A stretch of DNA of 64,000 bases, from assembly GCA_963720545.1 (NCBI GenBank), contig OY970399.1, positions 96,001-160,000 on the forward strand. Direction: 5' to 3'. Made by a program: the position numbers and the translations under genes. Source of the stretch: an uncultured Acidobacteriota bacterium. GTDB taxonomy: Bacteria > Acidobacteriota > Vicinamibacteria > Fen-336. Under the pieces are notes generated by a model. The model was not told where the DNA came from, searched no databases, and saw only the letters and a list, made by a program, of their open reading frames with translations. Of this stretch, positions 37,694 to 52,415 are shown piece by piece. Positions within the stretch are counted from its first letter, which is position 1, and each line of letters starts with the position of its first letter.

Positions 37694-38254
37694 ATGAAAC
37701 CCCTGCATCGATCCGGCTGGATCGAAGTGATCGCCGGCAGCATGTTCAGCGGCAAGAGCGAGGAGCTCATCCGCCGCGTGCGCCGCGCGCAGATCGCGCG
37801 CCAGAAAGTGCAGATCTTCAAGCCGCGCGTCGACAACCGCTACTCGGAAGACCACATCGTGAGCCACAGCGAGGCCAAGATGGCGTCGCAGACGGTGGCC
37901 TCGCCGCAGGAGCTGCTGGCGGCGATCGCGCCCGACACGGAGGTGGTGGGCATCGACGAGGGCCAGTTTTTCGACGCGGGCCTGGTCGAGGTGGTGAACA
38001 CGCTCGCCGACCGCGGCGTGCGCGTGATCGTCGCCGGGCTCGACCAGGACTTCCTCGGCCGCCCGTTCGAGCCGATGCCGCAGATCATGGCCGTCGCCGA
38101 ATACGTGGAGAAGGCGCTCGCCATCTGCATGCAGTGCGGCGGGCCCGCCGGCCGCTCGCAGCGCCTCGGCTCCGACACCGCGCGGGTGGTGGTCGGCGGC
38201 TCGCAGGAGTACGAAGCGCGCTGCCGCCACTGCTACGAACCACCGAACGCCTGA
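37694..38254 (+). CDS. tdk: Thymidine kinase
   Basis: [23 protein letters not shown]. Confidence 0.96.
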   Translation: MKPLHRSGWIEVIAGSMFSGKSEELIRRVRRAQIARQKVQIFKPRVDNRYSEDHIVSHSEAKMASQTVASPQELLAAIAPDTEVVGIDEGQFFDAGLVEVVNTLADRGVRVIVAGLDQDFLGRPFEPMPQIMAVAEYVEKALAICMQCGGPAGRSQRLGSDTARVVVGGSQEYEARCRHCYEPPNA

Positions 38255-39324
38255 TGGCGGATCTCGTCAGCCTCGATGGCGGCAGCGGCGAAGGCGGCGG
38301 CCAGATCCTGCGCACCGCGCTCGCCCTCTCGATCGCGCGCGGCATCCCATTCGAGATGACGAACATCCGTGCGCGCCGTCCGCGCCCCGGGCTGCAGCCG
38401 CACCACCTCGCGGCGGTGCACGCCGCGACGCTGGCATCGGGCGCACGGGTCCACGGCGCCTCCGATGGTTCGAAGGAGCTGCGCTTCGAACCGGCTGAGC
38501 TCGTGGCCGGCGAGTTCGACATCGACATCGCCACTGCCGGCTCGTGCTCGCTGGTGCTGCAGACTGTGGCGGTGCCGCTGGCGCTCGCGGGTTCGAGCTC
38601 GCGCGTCCGGGTCACCGGCGGCACCCACGTTGCGAACAGCCCGTCGTTCCACTTCCTGGCTCACCACTGGGCGCCCGCGGTCGCGCGCATCGGCTTCCAC
38701 CTCGAGTTCAGGATGGGCCTGGCCGGCTTCTATCCGCGCGGGGGTGGTGTCGTCGCTGCAGTGATCAGTCCCGCGGAAGAGGTCCACGCGCTGAAGCTCG
38801 AAGAGCGCGGTCAGCTTGTCGGCATCTCGGGTTACGCCGGCGCCGACCACATCAAGGACGACATCGCGGGCCGGCTGCGCGCCGCCGCAACGAGTCGCAT
38901 ATGGGAAGCGCGCCGCCTCGAGGTCGAATGGCTCGAGGACGACAAAGCCTTTGCCTCGGCCTCGCCCGGCTCGCACCTCATGCTGCGCGCCGGGTTCGCG
39001 AACGGCGCGGCTGCTTTCGCCGCGGTGGGCGAGAAGGGCAGGAGCGCCGAGATCCTCGGCGACCGGGTCGCCCGCGACCTCCTCGGTTTCCTCGGCGTCG
39101 AGCAGGCGGTTGACCCCTGGCTCGCCGACCAGCTCGCGGTGCCGATGGCCCTCAGCGGCAAGGGTGGCCGGGTAGCCACCCCGGAAGTGACTCCGCACCT
39201 CACAACTGTGGCGGATGTGCTGTCGAAGTTCGGCTACCAGGCCGCCACGTTCGGCCGGCGGGGCGGTCCGGGCGGCCTCGAAGTGGGGTCGTTCCTTGAC
39301 ACTCCCGCGGACACCCCGGGATAA
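38254..39324 (+). CDS. rtcA: RNA 3'-terminal phosphate cyclase
   Basis: DGGSGEGGGQILRTAL, RPRPGL, GFYPRGGG, LADQL, PHLTT; ATG 38254 overlaps the tdk stop. Confidence 0.92.
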   Translation: MADLVSLDGGSGEGGGQILRTALALSIARGIPFEMTNIRARRPRPGLQPHHLAAVHAATLASGARVHGASDGSKELRFEPAELVAGEFDIDIATAGSCSLVLQTVAVPLALAGSSSRVRVTGGTHVANSPSFHFLAHHWAPAVARIGFHLEFRMGLAGFYPRGGGVVAAVISPAEEVHALKLEERGQLVGISGYAGADHIKDDIAGRLRAAATSRIWEARRLEVEWLEDDKAFASASPGSHLMLRAGFANGAAAFAAVGEKGRSAEILGDRVARDLLGFLGVEQAVDPWLADQLAVPMALSGKGGRVATPEVTPHLTTVADVLSKFGYQAATFGRRGGPGGLEVGSFLDTPADTPG

Positions 39325-39325
39325 T
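39296..39325 (+). promoter_or_regulatory. Putative sigma70 promoter inside the rtcA 3' end (TTGACA-N18-GATAAT)
   Basis: Near-consensus hexamers 65 nt upstream of the ATG at 39391. Confidence 0.55.
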
Positions 39326-39390
39326 CCGCCAGCCCTGCCACTCTTAGGTTTCCAACGGGACGTGTGCGCGGGTCATAGGAGGACTAACGA

Positions 39391-39783
39391 ATGGCTTCGC
39401 AGATTCCTGGTCAGGGCGGCACCAACCTGGGCGTCGCTCCCAACGTGGGCGGCCTGCTGTGCTACGCGCCTTGCTGCATCGGCCTGATCTTCTCGATCGT
39501 GGCCGTGATCGTCGAGAAGCAAAGCCGCTTCGTGCGCTTCCACGCCTTCCAGGCGCTGCTGCTCTACGCCGCGTTCGTGGTTGTCGGGCTCGGCCTCGGC
39601 ATCGTGATGACCGCGCTCGAGTTCGCCATCGGTGGCCTGGGCATGGGCCTGATGATCCTCGGAGTCCGCGTCATCATCGGCTTCGGCGGCCTGGCGCTCT
39701 GCATCTACATGATGATCCAGGCGTACGGCGGCAAGGAAACCTCGCTGCCGGTGATCGGCGACATGGCCCGGAAGTGGGCCTAG
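39391..39783 (+). CDS. DUF4870/Tic20-like small membrane protein
   Basis: EKQSRFVRFHAFQALL, AYGG....LPVIG; AGGAGG RBS. Confidence 0.85.
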   Translation: MASQIPGQGGTNLGVAPNVGGLLCYAPCCIGLIFSIVAVIVEKQSRFVRFHAFQALLLYAAFVVVGLGLGIVMTALEFAIGGLGMGLMILGVRVIIGFGGLALCIYMMIQAYGGKETSLPVIGDMARKWA

Positions 39784-39799
39784 GCCTGTTAGGCCGAAG

Positions 39800-41167
39800 C
39801 TAGCGAACCACCTGCTCGGCCAGCACCGTGCCGAGGCCTTCGATGCGCAGCAGGCGCTGCGCGTCGCCCTGGCCGCTCGGTGAAGCCGAGAGCGACATCG
39901 TTTCCATCAGCTCGGGGTCTTTGACGACCTCGGGCTTCAGGTCGCCGGACCACAGGATGACCGAGGCCGACGGCACGACCACCGGCAGGGCGGGCGTGAC
40001 GGCCATGGCGAAGGGCCGGCTGCCGAGTGAGAGCGCCACGGCGCCGCTGCCCTCGAGGACCACGAACGCGACCTTTGGAGACTCCTCGGCGATCACCACA
40101 TAGCGCGGGTTCAGGGCGCCGTCGCAGGCGAGCAGGTGTTCGGGCTCCACCCACAGCGTCTGGTTCGCGACGCGCAGGAAGGCAAGTTCGCGGCCGCGGT
40201 CGGCGAGCATCAGGCGGCCCTCGCCGGTGACGATCACCATCGTGTTCACGCTCTGCGCGCGGCTCTCCTTCACCCAGAAGGTGGTGTTGCCGGTGTAGGA
40301 AAACAAGCTGCCCTGCTTGATGTAGACCTTGCCCTCGACCGCGATCTCCATGAGGTGGCGCTCGAGAAAGCGAAAGCCGCCGTCGAGCGAGGCGTCGGGG
40401 TCGATCAGCGGCCGCGGACCCGGCGTGTAGGAGACGATGTCGGGCAGCGTCACCGGCACCTCGCGCGGGCGGTGCAGCGGCGCGTCGCCGAGCGCTGCCG
40501 GCGCCGGCGTCGGCAGGAACGGGCCGTGGGCGAGCACCGCGCCCGTGACCGGGCCGACGTCGTGATCGGGCAGGCTGGCCTCGAAACTCGCGATCTCGCG
40601 CGCTTCGGCGGCCTCGGGGTCCTCCGCGAGCGCCGGCAGCGGCAGCACCATCTCGAGCGTGTCGGTCGCCGGCGGCTCGAGCGGCATGGTCCCGGCCGAG
40701 GCGTGCGCCGCCAGCTTGCCCTCCATGCGCCGCACCATCATGCGTGCACCGGCGCGGCGGTACTGGTAGATCGCGTCCTGGAAGCGCAGCTGCTGCTCGC
40801 AGATCGAGCCGAGGTAGAAGTGCAGCTTGGCGTTCTCGGGGCCGAGGCTCGCGGCGCGCAGGAAGCCCGACTCGGCCTCCTCGAGTCGCCCGGTCTTGTA
40901 GTGAATGAGGGCCAGGTTGAAGTGCAGGGTGGCGGCCGCCGGATGCTCGGCGACCAGCTTCATGTACACCTCTTCGGCGCGCTCGAACTTGCCCTGCTTG
41001 AAGAACACCAGGCCCAGCAGGTTGAGCGCCTGCTGGTCGCGCGGCCGCAGCAGGTACGCCTCCTCCAGCTCGCGTTCGGCATCGCCGAAAGCGCCGCGCT
41101 CGAACGCTTCGCGCCCCTTGTTCAGGTGGGCAAGGAACAGTCCCTGGTCGAACAGCCCTGGAGCCAA
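39800..41167 (-). CDS. TPR protein with C-terminal AIM24 (TRAP-like) domain
   Basis: N-terminal TPRs, Pro-rich linker, GSLFSYTG / GEGRLML / EGSGAVAL repeats. Confidence 0.72.
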   Translation of the reverse strand: MAPGLFDQGLFLAHLNKGREAFERGAFGDAERELEEAYLLRPRDQQALNLLGLVFFKQGKFERAEEVYMKLVAEHPAAATLHFNLALIHYKTGRLEEAESGFLRAASLGPENAKLHFYLGSICEQQLRFQDAIYQYRRAGARMMVRRMEGKLAAHASAGTMPLEPPATDTLEMVLPLPALAEDPEAAEAREIASFEASLPDHDVGPVTGAVLAHGPFLPTPAPAALGDAPLHRPREVPVTLPDIVSYTPGPRPLIDPDASLDGGFRFLERHLMEIAVEGKVYIKQGSLFSYTGNTTFWVKESRAQSVNTMVIVTGEGRLMLADRGRELAFLRVANQTLWVEPEHLLACDGALNPRYVVIAEESPKVAFVVLEGSGAVALSLGSRPFAMAVTPALPVVVPSASVILWSGDLKPEVVKDPELMETMSLSASPSGQGDAQRLLRIEGLGTVLAEQVVR

Positions 41168-41177
41168 GATCCTCTCT

Positions 41178-41946
41178 TCAGTTCTGCGTGCGGACGACAG
41201 TGTAGGTCGTGCCGGCGGCTTCGGGCGGCGAAGTCGCCACGTGCAGGACGCCGGCGCCGTCGCGCCAACGATAATACGTGCGGGTGCGCGGGGTCACGGG
41301 CGCTGCCGCGCGCACCACCGCGTTGCGGGCGAGTGCCGCCGAAGGTGCCGCAGCCACCAGCTGCTGCGACGTTCCCCACGACACCTTGTTGCCGAGAAAC
41401 GAGTTGATCTTCGCGACGTAGGCCTGCGTTTCCTTGTAGGGCGGGACGCCGCGGTACTTGAGCACTGCGCCTTCGCCGGCGTTGTAGGCCGCGAGCGCCA
41501 GGGAGACGTCGCCGCCGAAGAGGTCGAGCAGCAGGCGCAGGTACTGCGTGCCGCCGAAGATGTTCTGGCGCGGGTTGAACGAGTCGCTGACCGCGAAGCG
41601 GCGCGCGGTGAACGGCATCAGCTGCATCAGGCCCTGCGCGCCTTTCGACGAGACCGCGCGGTCGTCGAACGCCGACTCCGCCTCGATCACACCGCGCACC
41701 AGCTCGGGGGCGACGCCGAAGGTGCGCGCGGCCTCGATGATGTGCAGGTCGTACTGGCCGCGGTACGCCGCGCGGCGATAGCCCTTGGAATGGATGAGCG
41801 TGCCCTTGCCGGGATAGATCATGCGGTAGTCGGGCGCCGGGATGTTCGTCACCTCGAGGACGCCGTTGGCGTTGCGCCGCGCGTACACCTGCGCGCTCGC
41901 CGCCGCCGGCATCGCCAGCGCCGCCAGCACCAGCAGCAGCACGCCG

Positions 41947-41957
<11 letters not shown>
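41178..41957 (-). CDS. SLT-domain lytic transglycosylase
   Basis: ESAF..AVSSKGAQGLMQLMP, ALAAYNAGEG, ETQAYV. Confidence 0.93.
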
Positions 41958-44621
<2,664 letters not shown>

Positions 44622-44625
<4 letters not shown>

Positions 44626-45134
44626 GGCGAGTCTTCCAGTGTACCGGCGGCGCCCGGGTGGCGCGAGTGCAGCCGCTCACGCACCAGCGAGGGCGGAAAG
44701 CCCCTGCGGACGAGGTAGGCGAACACCCGCGCGAGCCGTTTTTTCCCCTCCACCCGGGCGTGTCGCTTCCAGCAGGCCGCCGCCAGCCGGTCGATGGTGG
44801 CGGGCTCGAGGTCCTGCGCCACCACCCCCTTCACGGCCTCGTCCGTCAGCGTTTTGGACACCCCGCGGGCGCGCAGCCCCAGCAGGATCCGACGGCGGCC
44901 GTAGCCGCGTTCGCTGCGCGAGCGGGCGTAGCGCTCGGCCAGCGAGGCATCGTCGATGAGTCGCTGGGAGGCGAGGCGGGTGAGCACCGGCTCGATCTGC
45001 TCTTCGTCGTAGCCGCGCCGCTTCAGCAGGCGGGCCATCTCTTTCGCGCTACAGTCGCGCCGCGACAGGATGTCGATCGACGCCTGGTAGGGCGTCAGGT
45101 CGGTTCGGGGGCCGGAGCGGCGGCGGGTCGGCAT
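44622..45134 (-). CDS. recX: Regulatory protein RecX
   Basis: LSRRDCS..E, LIDD...AE, YLVRRGF. Confidence 0.88.
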
Positions 45135-45142
45135 GATGATGT

Positions 45143-45157
45143 GCTTTGTTACAAAGC
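45143..45157. promoter_or_regulatory. Perfect palindrome GCTTTGT-T-ACAAAGC upstream of recX (putative operator)
   Basis: Seen directly; 8 nt from the recX start codon. Confidence 0.55.
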
Positions 45158-45205
45158 TTAACGTAAGACCGCCCGGCAGTTGACGAAAAGTGCTCTCGAA
45201 AGGGC

Positions 45206-46336
45206 TCAGCGCACCTTGTAGGTTCGGAGCTTCTTCTCCATCTCTTCGCCGGCCAGGTCGGCGGCCGACTGCACGCCTTCGAGCTTGAGGCGGAACTCGT
45301 CGGGGTTCGTTGCCCAGCGCAGCGCCTCCTCGCGGCTGATGTAGCGGTCGCGCAGCAGGCCGAAGAGCGACTGGTCGAAGGTCTGCATGCCGTATTGCGA
45401 CAGCCCGGCGGCGATCGCCGCGGGGATCTGGCGGGTCTTTTCCTCGTTGGCGATGCAGTCGCGGATGAGCGGCGTCACCACCATCACCTCCACCGCCGGC
45501 ACGCGGCCCTTGCTGTCGGCGCGCTGCACCAGGCGCATGGAGATGACCGCGCGCAGCACCGAGGCAAGCTGCAGGCGCACGTGCGCCTGTTGGTGCGGCG
45601 GGAAGGAGGCGACGATGCGGTTGATGGTCTCGGTGGCGTCGAGCGTGTGCAGCGTCGAGAGCACCAGGTGGCCGGTTTCGGCAGCGGTGATGGCGGTTTC
45701 GATCGTCTCGTGATCGCGCATCTCGCCGACCAGGATCACGTCCGGGTCCTGGCGCAGGGCGCTGCGCAGCGCGGTCGCGAAGCTGCGGGTGTCGAGGTCC
45801 ACCTCGCGCTGGTTGACGATCGACTTCTTGTCGCGGTGCAGGAACTCGATCGGGTCCTCGATGGTGATGATGTGTTCGGCACGCTGCTCGTTGATGTGGT
45901 CGATCATCGCGGCCAGGGTCGTGGACTTGCCCGAGCCGGTGGTGCCGGTGCAGAGGATCAGCCCGCGCGGCTCGGCGGCGATGCGCTCGATCACCACTGG
46001 CAACGCCAGCTCGGAGATCGGCCGCACCATCACCGGGATCAGGCGGCAGACGATGCCGACGCTGCCGCGCTGCTGGAAGATAGCGCAGCGGAAGCGGCCG
46101 AGGCCGGGCACCGCGTAGGCGATGTCGGTCTCGAGGTTTTCGCGGAAACGCGCCTTCTGCCGGTCCTTCATCATCGAGGAGGCGATGGCGATGGTGTCCT
46201 CGGGCGTCAGCACCGGCTGGTCGAGCATCGGCACCAGGTCGCCGTCCACGCGCAGGATGGGGTGCGAGCCGGCCTTGAGGTGCACGTCGGAGGCGCTGCG
46301 GGCCGCCGCGAGCGTCAGGAAATCATTGATGTTCAC
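45206..46336 (-). CDS. pilT: PilT/PilU family retraction ATPase
   Basis: ASDVHL, GTTGSGKSTT, TIEDPIE, ALRQDPDVILVGEMRD, GMQTFDQ. Confidence 0.93.
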   Translation of the reverse strand: MNINDFLTLAAARSASDVHLKAGSHPILRVDGDLVPMLDQPVLTPEDTIAIASSMMKDRQKARFRENLETDIAYAVPGLGRFRCAIFQQRGSVGIVCRLIPVMVRPISELALPVVIERIAAEPRGLILCTGTTGSGKSTTLAAMIDHINEQRAEHIITIEDPIEFLHRDKKSIVNQREVDLDTRSFATALRSALRQDPDVILVGEMRDHETIETAITAAETGHLVLSTLHTLDATETINRIVASFPPHQQAHVRLQLASVLRAVISMRLVQRADSKGRVPAVEVMVVTPLIRDCIANEEKTRQIPAAIAAGLSQYGMQTFDQSLFGLLRDRYISREEALRWATNPDEFRLKLEGVQSAADLAGEEMEKKLRTYKVR

Positions 46337-46372
46337 CGCTTGCCCCCCGAGTACCGCGCTTGCTCCGGGACT

Positions 46373-47308
46373 TTACTGCTTCTCCCCGCAGAACGGGCAG
46401 CTGTCGGAGCGGGCGTGCAGCGGCTTGTTGCAGTGCCAGCAGAACACCTTGCGGGGCGCCTCGCGCGCCTTGATGCGCTTGCGCATGTCCTCCACCTGCG
46501 CCGCTTTATGGTCGATGTCGGAAGCAGTCAGCAGGTCGTCGAGGAACTCGCTGGCGGTCTGGTAGCGGTCCGCTACGTCCGGGGTCATCGACTTCATGAC
46601 GATGTCCGACAGCTCGCGCGGCACCGCCTGGTTGCGCACGTTCACCGGCGTGCAGCGGCCGGCGCTCACCATCCGCTCGATCTGCGCGGGGTTGGGGCTG
46701 AAGTAGGGGAGCGTACCGGTCAGCATCTGATAGAGCATCACGCCCACCGAGTAAATGTCCGAGGCCAGCACCGCGCGGCCCTTGAACTGCTCGGGCGCCA
46801 TGTACGGCGGGCTGCCGATGACGGTGGTCGCGTGCGACTTCTCGAGGAAGCGCGAGGTGCCGAAATCGGCCACCTTGACGAGGCCGCTCTCGGAGACGAG
46901 CACGTTGGCGGGGCGGATGTCCCGGTGCAGGATCATCGCCTTGTGGGCGTGGTCGACACCCTTCAGCACCTGGACGACGTAGTTGAGCGCGCGCGGGATG
47001 TCGAGGCTCTTCTCGCGGTCGAGCACCGCTTCGAGGCTCTCGCCCTTGACGTACTCCATGACGATGAAGAAGACGTTGTCCACCTTCTCGGCGGTGACGA
47101 TGCCGACGATGTTCGGGTGGTCGAGCGCCGCCAGGAGCCGCGGCTCCTGCAGCAGCTCGTCGAAGTCGCCGGTCTGCCGGTGCGGAACCTTGATCGCCAC
47201 CTTCTTGTCGATCCACGCGTCCTTGGCGAGGAACACCGTGCCAAAGCCGCCGGAGCCGAGGTTGGAGAGGATCTGGTACTTCCCGGCGGTCTGTCCCAGG
47301 AGGAACAT
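46373..47308 (-). CDS. Cytoplasmic Hanks-type protein kinase with C-terminal Zn ribbon
   Basis: GSGGFG, VAIK, HRDIRPAN, DFG, YMAPE; CWHC..CPFC; start at ATG 47308. Confidence 0.92.
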   Translation of the reverse strand: MFLLGQTAGKYQILSNLGSGGFGTVFLAKDAWIDKKVAIKVPHRQTGDFDELLQEPRLLAALDHPNIVGIVTAEKVDNVFFIVMEYVKGESLEAVLDREKSLDIPRALNYVVQVLKGVDHAHKAMILHRDIRPANVLVSESGLVKVADFGTSRFLEKSHATTVIGSPPYMAPEQFKGRAVLASDIYSVGVMLYQMLTGTLPYFSPNPAQIERMVSAGRCTPVNVRNQAVPRELSDIVMKSMTPDVADRYQTASEFLDDLLTASDIDHKAAQVEDMRKRIKAREAPRKVFCWHCNKPLHARSDSCPFCGEKQ

Positions 47309-47327
47309 TTGCAGGAGCGAGAGTCTA

Positions 47328-48056
47328 TCAGCCCAGGTCGCCGTGCAGCGCCTGGAGCAAGGTGACCGCCGCGATCGCTGCGGTTTCGGCGCGCAGCACG
47401 CGCGCGCCGAGCGAACGCGGCAAGAAGCCGGCAGCAGTGATCGCAGTAACTTCCTCCGGCGCCAGGCCGCCCGCGGGACCAACCAGGGCCACGATCGCCG
47501 AAGCACCGGCTGTGCTGCGCAGCGCGGGATGCCCGGCCGTCTCGAGCAGCACGATGCGGCACTCGGGCAGTGGGCTCGCAAGGAACCCGGGCAGCGACGC
47601 GAAGGTGCGGATGGCGGGCACCACCGCGCGGCCGCACTGTTCGGCCGCACCCGCCGCGATGCGCCGCCAGCGCTCATCCCGGGCGCCGCTCGCGGCGGGA
47701 CGGCCCGCAGCATCGGTACGGGCAGTGATCACCGGCATCAGGGCGGTGACGCCCAGCTCGGTCGCCTTCTGGATGACGAAATCCATGCGGTCGCCCTTGA
47801 GCGGCGCGAGTGCCAGGATGAGGTTCAGTGGCGACTCGGGACGCGGTGAAACCGCGGCGCCAACCGCGACGCTCACCCGGTTGCGCCCCAGGGACTCGAC
47901 TCGAGCTTCGAACTCGTGACCGGCGCCATCGAAGACGCGGACGTCGCTGCCAACACGCAGGCGCAGCACGTGCGCCGCGTGGTGTGCGGCTTCGTCGGGC
48001 AGCTCCACCTGCGCCAGCGAAGCGGCCGCCGGCACGTGGAAGCGCGGCGCGCTCAT
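47328..48056 (-). CDS. rsmE: 16S rRNA m3U1498 methyltransferase
   Basis: HVLRL, QKATELGV, AAEQCGR, LGARVLRAETA; start at ATG 48056. Confidence 0.92.
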   Translation of the reverse strand: MSAPRFHVPAAASLAQVELPDEAAHHAAHVLRLRVGSDVRVFDGAGHEFEARVESLGRNRVSVAVGAAVSPRPESPLNLILALAPLKGDRMDFVIQKATELGVTALMPVITARTDAAGRPAASGARDERWRRIAAGAAEQCGRAVVPAIRTFASLPGFLASPLPECRIVLLETAGHPALRSTAGASAIVALVGPAGGLAPEEVTAITAAGFLPRSLGARVLRAETAAIAAVTLLQALHGDLG

Positions 48057-48883
48057 GAGGTGCGGGACAGGATGAGGCACGACCATTCGCCTTCGCTCAG
48101 GCGACCTTCGACCCGCGACGACTGGTACACCGCCGCCACCCGATCCGCTTCCTCGGTGAGGAGGCCACAGAGCAGCAGCCGGCCCTCCGGCTTGACGATC
48201 GCCTCCAGCTCCGCGGCACGGGCGGTCAGGAGCGGCGCCGCGATGTTGGCGACGACCGTGTCGAAGGAGGCAGGGCGAAATGCCCTGGCGCAATCGGCGC
48301 GCACGAACGGCAGCGCAGCGCCGTTCAATCCGGCATGACGGGCCGCAACCCGCAACGCCTCCGGGTCGATCTCGGCCCCGACCGTGAAGGCGGCGCCGAG
48401 CCGCAACGCCGCGATCCCGAGTATCCCGGTGCCGGTGCCGATATCGGCCACCCGCCCCAGCCCGCGCGGTGCCGCCGCGAGCCCCTCGAGCGCCAGGATG
48501 CACAGCCGCGTGCTCTCGTGGGTGCCGGTGCCAAAGGCGCGGCCGGGATCCATCACCAACGTACGCGCATGCCGCGGCTCTTCCTCGTCCCAGATCGGCA
48601 GGATGCGGAACGAGCCGACGCTGAGCGCGCGGTAGTGCTTGCGAAATTCCTCGACCCAGTCGCGCCGATCGACCTCGTGCAAGCCAAGCGGAGCAAGCAG
48701 CCGCCCGCGCAACGCCATCTCCACCTCGGCGGCCGCCACCGAGTCGTCGAAGAACACAGCCCACGAAGCCTCGCCCGGTGCTGCCGCCAGTTCACTGCTG
48801 CCAAGCGACTGCAGTTCCCACAGGATGGTCGCCACTTCATCGGCCACCGCCGATGGGAACCGGATCGAGTACGACCTAACCAA
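48053..48883 (-). CDS. prmA: Ribosomal protein L11 methyltransferase
   Basis: DPGRAFGTGTHESTRLC, DIGTGTGIL, VVANI. Confidence 0.92.
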   Translation of the reverse strand: MVRSYSIRFPSAVADEVATILWELQSLGSSELAAAPGEASWAVFFDDSVAAAEVEMALRGRLLAPLGLHEVDRRDWVEEFRKHYRALSVGSFRILPIWDEEEPRHARTLVMDPGRAFGTGTHESTRLCILALEGLAAAPRGLGRVADIGTGTGILGIAALRLGAAFTVGAEIDPEALRVAARHAGLNGAALPFVRADCARAFRPASFDTVVANIAAPLLTARAAELEAIVKPEGRLLLCGLLTEEADRVAAVYQSSRVEGRLSEGEWSCLILSRTS

Positions 48884-48904
48884 GCGAAACCTTCATGCGC
48901 TGGC

Positions 48905-50014
48905 TCAGATGAGGTCTTTGACCCAGTCCAGGAACGAGCGCTTGGGGTCGGCGGTTGACGGCGCGGGCAGCGACTTGTCGAGTTGCTCGAGGAGCTTGCG
49001 CTGCTCGGAGGTGAGGCGGGTCGGGGTCAGCACGCGCACCGTGACGTGCAGATCGCCGCGGCCCTTGCCGCCGAGGCGCGGCACGCCCTTGCCCTTGACG
49101 CGGAAGGAGGCGCCCGTCTGCGTGCCTTCGGGCACCGAGAGCTTCGACTCTTCGCCGTCGGGGGTGGGGACGTGCAGGCTCGTGCCGAGGGATGCCTGGG
49201 CGATGGTGAGCGGCATCTCGCAGAAGAGGTTTTCGCCCTCGCGCTGGAAGAACGGGTGCTCGGCGACGCGGATCGCAACGTACAGGTCGCCGGGCGGCGC
49301 GCCGGGCGAGCCGGCTTCGCCTTCGCCGGTGATGCGCAGCTGGCTGCCGGAATCGACGCCGGGCGGGATCTTCACCTGCAGCGTGCGCTCCACGTTGACG
49401 CGGCCCTGGCCGCGGCAGGTGGCGCACGCGTCCTTGATCGTGCGCCCGGTGCCGCCGCAGCGGCCGCAGGTGCGCGCCACCGAGAAGAAGCCCTGCTGGA
49501 ACGTCACCTGTCCCGAGCCGCCGCAGGTGTCGCAGGTGGCCGGCTTCGTGCCGGGCGCCGCGCCGGTGCCGTCGCAGGTTGTGCAGTTCTCGCTGCGCGG
49601 GATCTTGAGCTGCGTCTCGGTGCCGAAGAGCGCGTGCTCGAAGGACAGGTCGAGGTTGTAGCGCAGGTCGGCGCCGCGCCGCGGGCCGCCGCGGCGGCCG
49701 AACAGGTCGGAGAAGCCGAACAGGTCGCCGAAGATGTCGCCGATGTCGCGGAAGTTCGACGGGTCGAAGCCGGCGCTGCCGCCGAGACCCGCGTGGCCCA
49801 GCGTGTCGTAGCGCTGCTTCTTGTCCTCGTCGCTCAGCACCGCGTACGCCTCGGCCGCCTCCTTGAACTTCTCCTCGGCTTCGCCGTCACCGGGATTGCG
49901 GTCGGGGTGAAACTTGAGGGCGAGCTTGCGGTAGGCCGACTTGATCTCGGCGTCGCCGGCGTCGCGCGACACCCCCAGCACTTCGTAGTAGTCGCGCTTG
50001 GCGGTGGCGGGCAT
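48905..50014 (-). CDS. dnaJ: Chaperone DnaJ (class A)
   Basis: J domain with HPD; four CxxCxGxG repeats. Confidence 0.97.
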   Translation of the reverse strand: MPATAKRDYYEVLGVSRDAGDAEIKSAYRKLALKFHPDRNPGDGEAEEKFKEAAEAYAVLSDEDKKQRYDTLGHAGLGGSAGFDPSNFRDIGDIFGDLFGFSDLFGRRGGPRRGADLRYNLDLSFEHALFGTETQLKIPRSENCTTCDGTGAAPGTKPATCDTCGGSGQVTFQQGFFSVARTCGRCGGTGRTIKDACATCRGQGRVNVERTLQVKIPPGVDSGSQLRITGEGEAGSPGAPPGDLYVAIRVAEHPFFQREGENLFCEMPLTIAQASLGTSLHVPTPDGEESKLSVPEGTQTGASFRVKGKGVPRLGGKGRGDLHVTVRVLTPTRLTSEQRKLLEQLDKSLPAPSTADPKRSFLDWVKDLI

Positions 50015-50041
50015 CGCTTCGGAGGCTTGGTTCCTGCGCGG

Positions 50042-51831
<1,790 letters not shown>

Positions 51832-51844
<13 letters not shown>

Positions 51845-52410
51845 GGATTGCCTCTCATCCTGCCGCCGGCCACGGCATCGTGCGTGCCCTGTCCTTCGGC
51901 TGTTTCAGGACTGGTATCCGTTTCGTTCTTCGCGACCTTCACGAGCGCGGGCCGCAGCAGGCGGTCCTTCAGGGTGTAGCCCTTCTGCAGCACCTCGAGA
52001 ATGGCGCCGTCGCGGTTGCCGGGAGCCGGCTCGTGCGACAGCGCCTCGTGGCGGTTCGGGTCGAACTGCTCGCCGTGCGGCTCGTCGATCGCCAGGCCGC
52101 GTGCCTCCAGCACTCCGCGCATCTGCTTCGCGACCATCTCGATGCCGGTGCGCAGCGACTGCTCCGAGCCCTGGGCGCCGAGCGCGCGGTCGAAGTTGTC
52201 GAGGACCGGGATGAGGTCGCGAAACAGCGCGGCCGCGGCGTCGTGTGCCGCCTGCTGGCGCTCGCGTTCAGCACGCTTCTTGTAGTTGTCGAAGTCGGCG
52301 GCCTTGCGCAGGAGCTGGTCTTTCAGCTCCGCGAGTTCGCGGCGCGCCGCATCTTCGCCGGTCTCGGCCACAGGCTCGAGGCCTTTCTCGGGTTTCCCGT
52401 TGTCGCCCAT
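51832..52410 (-). CDS. grpE: Nucleotide exchange factor GrpE
   Basis: ADFDNYKKR, FDPNRHEA, GY.LKDRLLRPALV; start at ATG 52410. Confidence 0.95.
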
Positions 52411-52415
52411 GCGTT

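Noticed and set aside
39110..39210. RtcA 'VDPWLADQL' read as loss of the catalytic His
   Set aside because: The adenylated His lies in the downstream HLxT motif, which is present (PHLTT)
45135..45205. LexA box or CIRCE upstream of recX (AGCACT half-site on the minus strand)
   Set aside because: No second half-site at the right spacing and no known LexA motif
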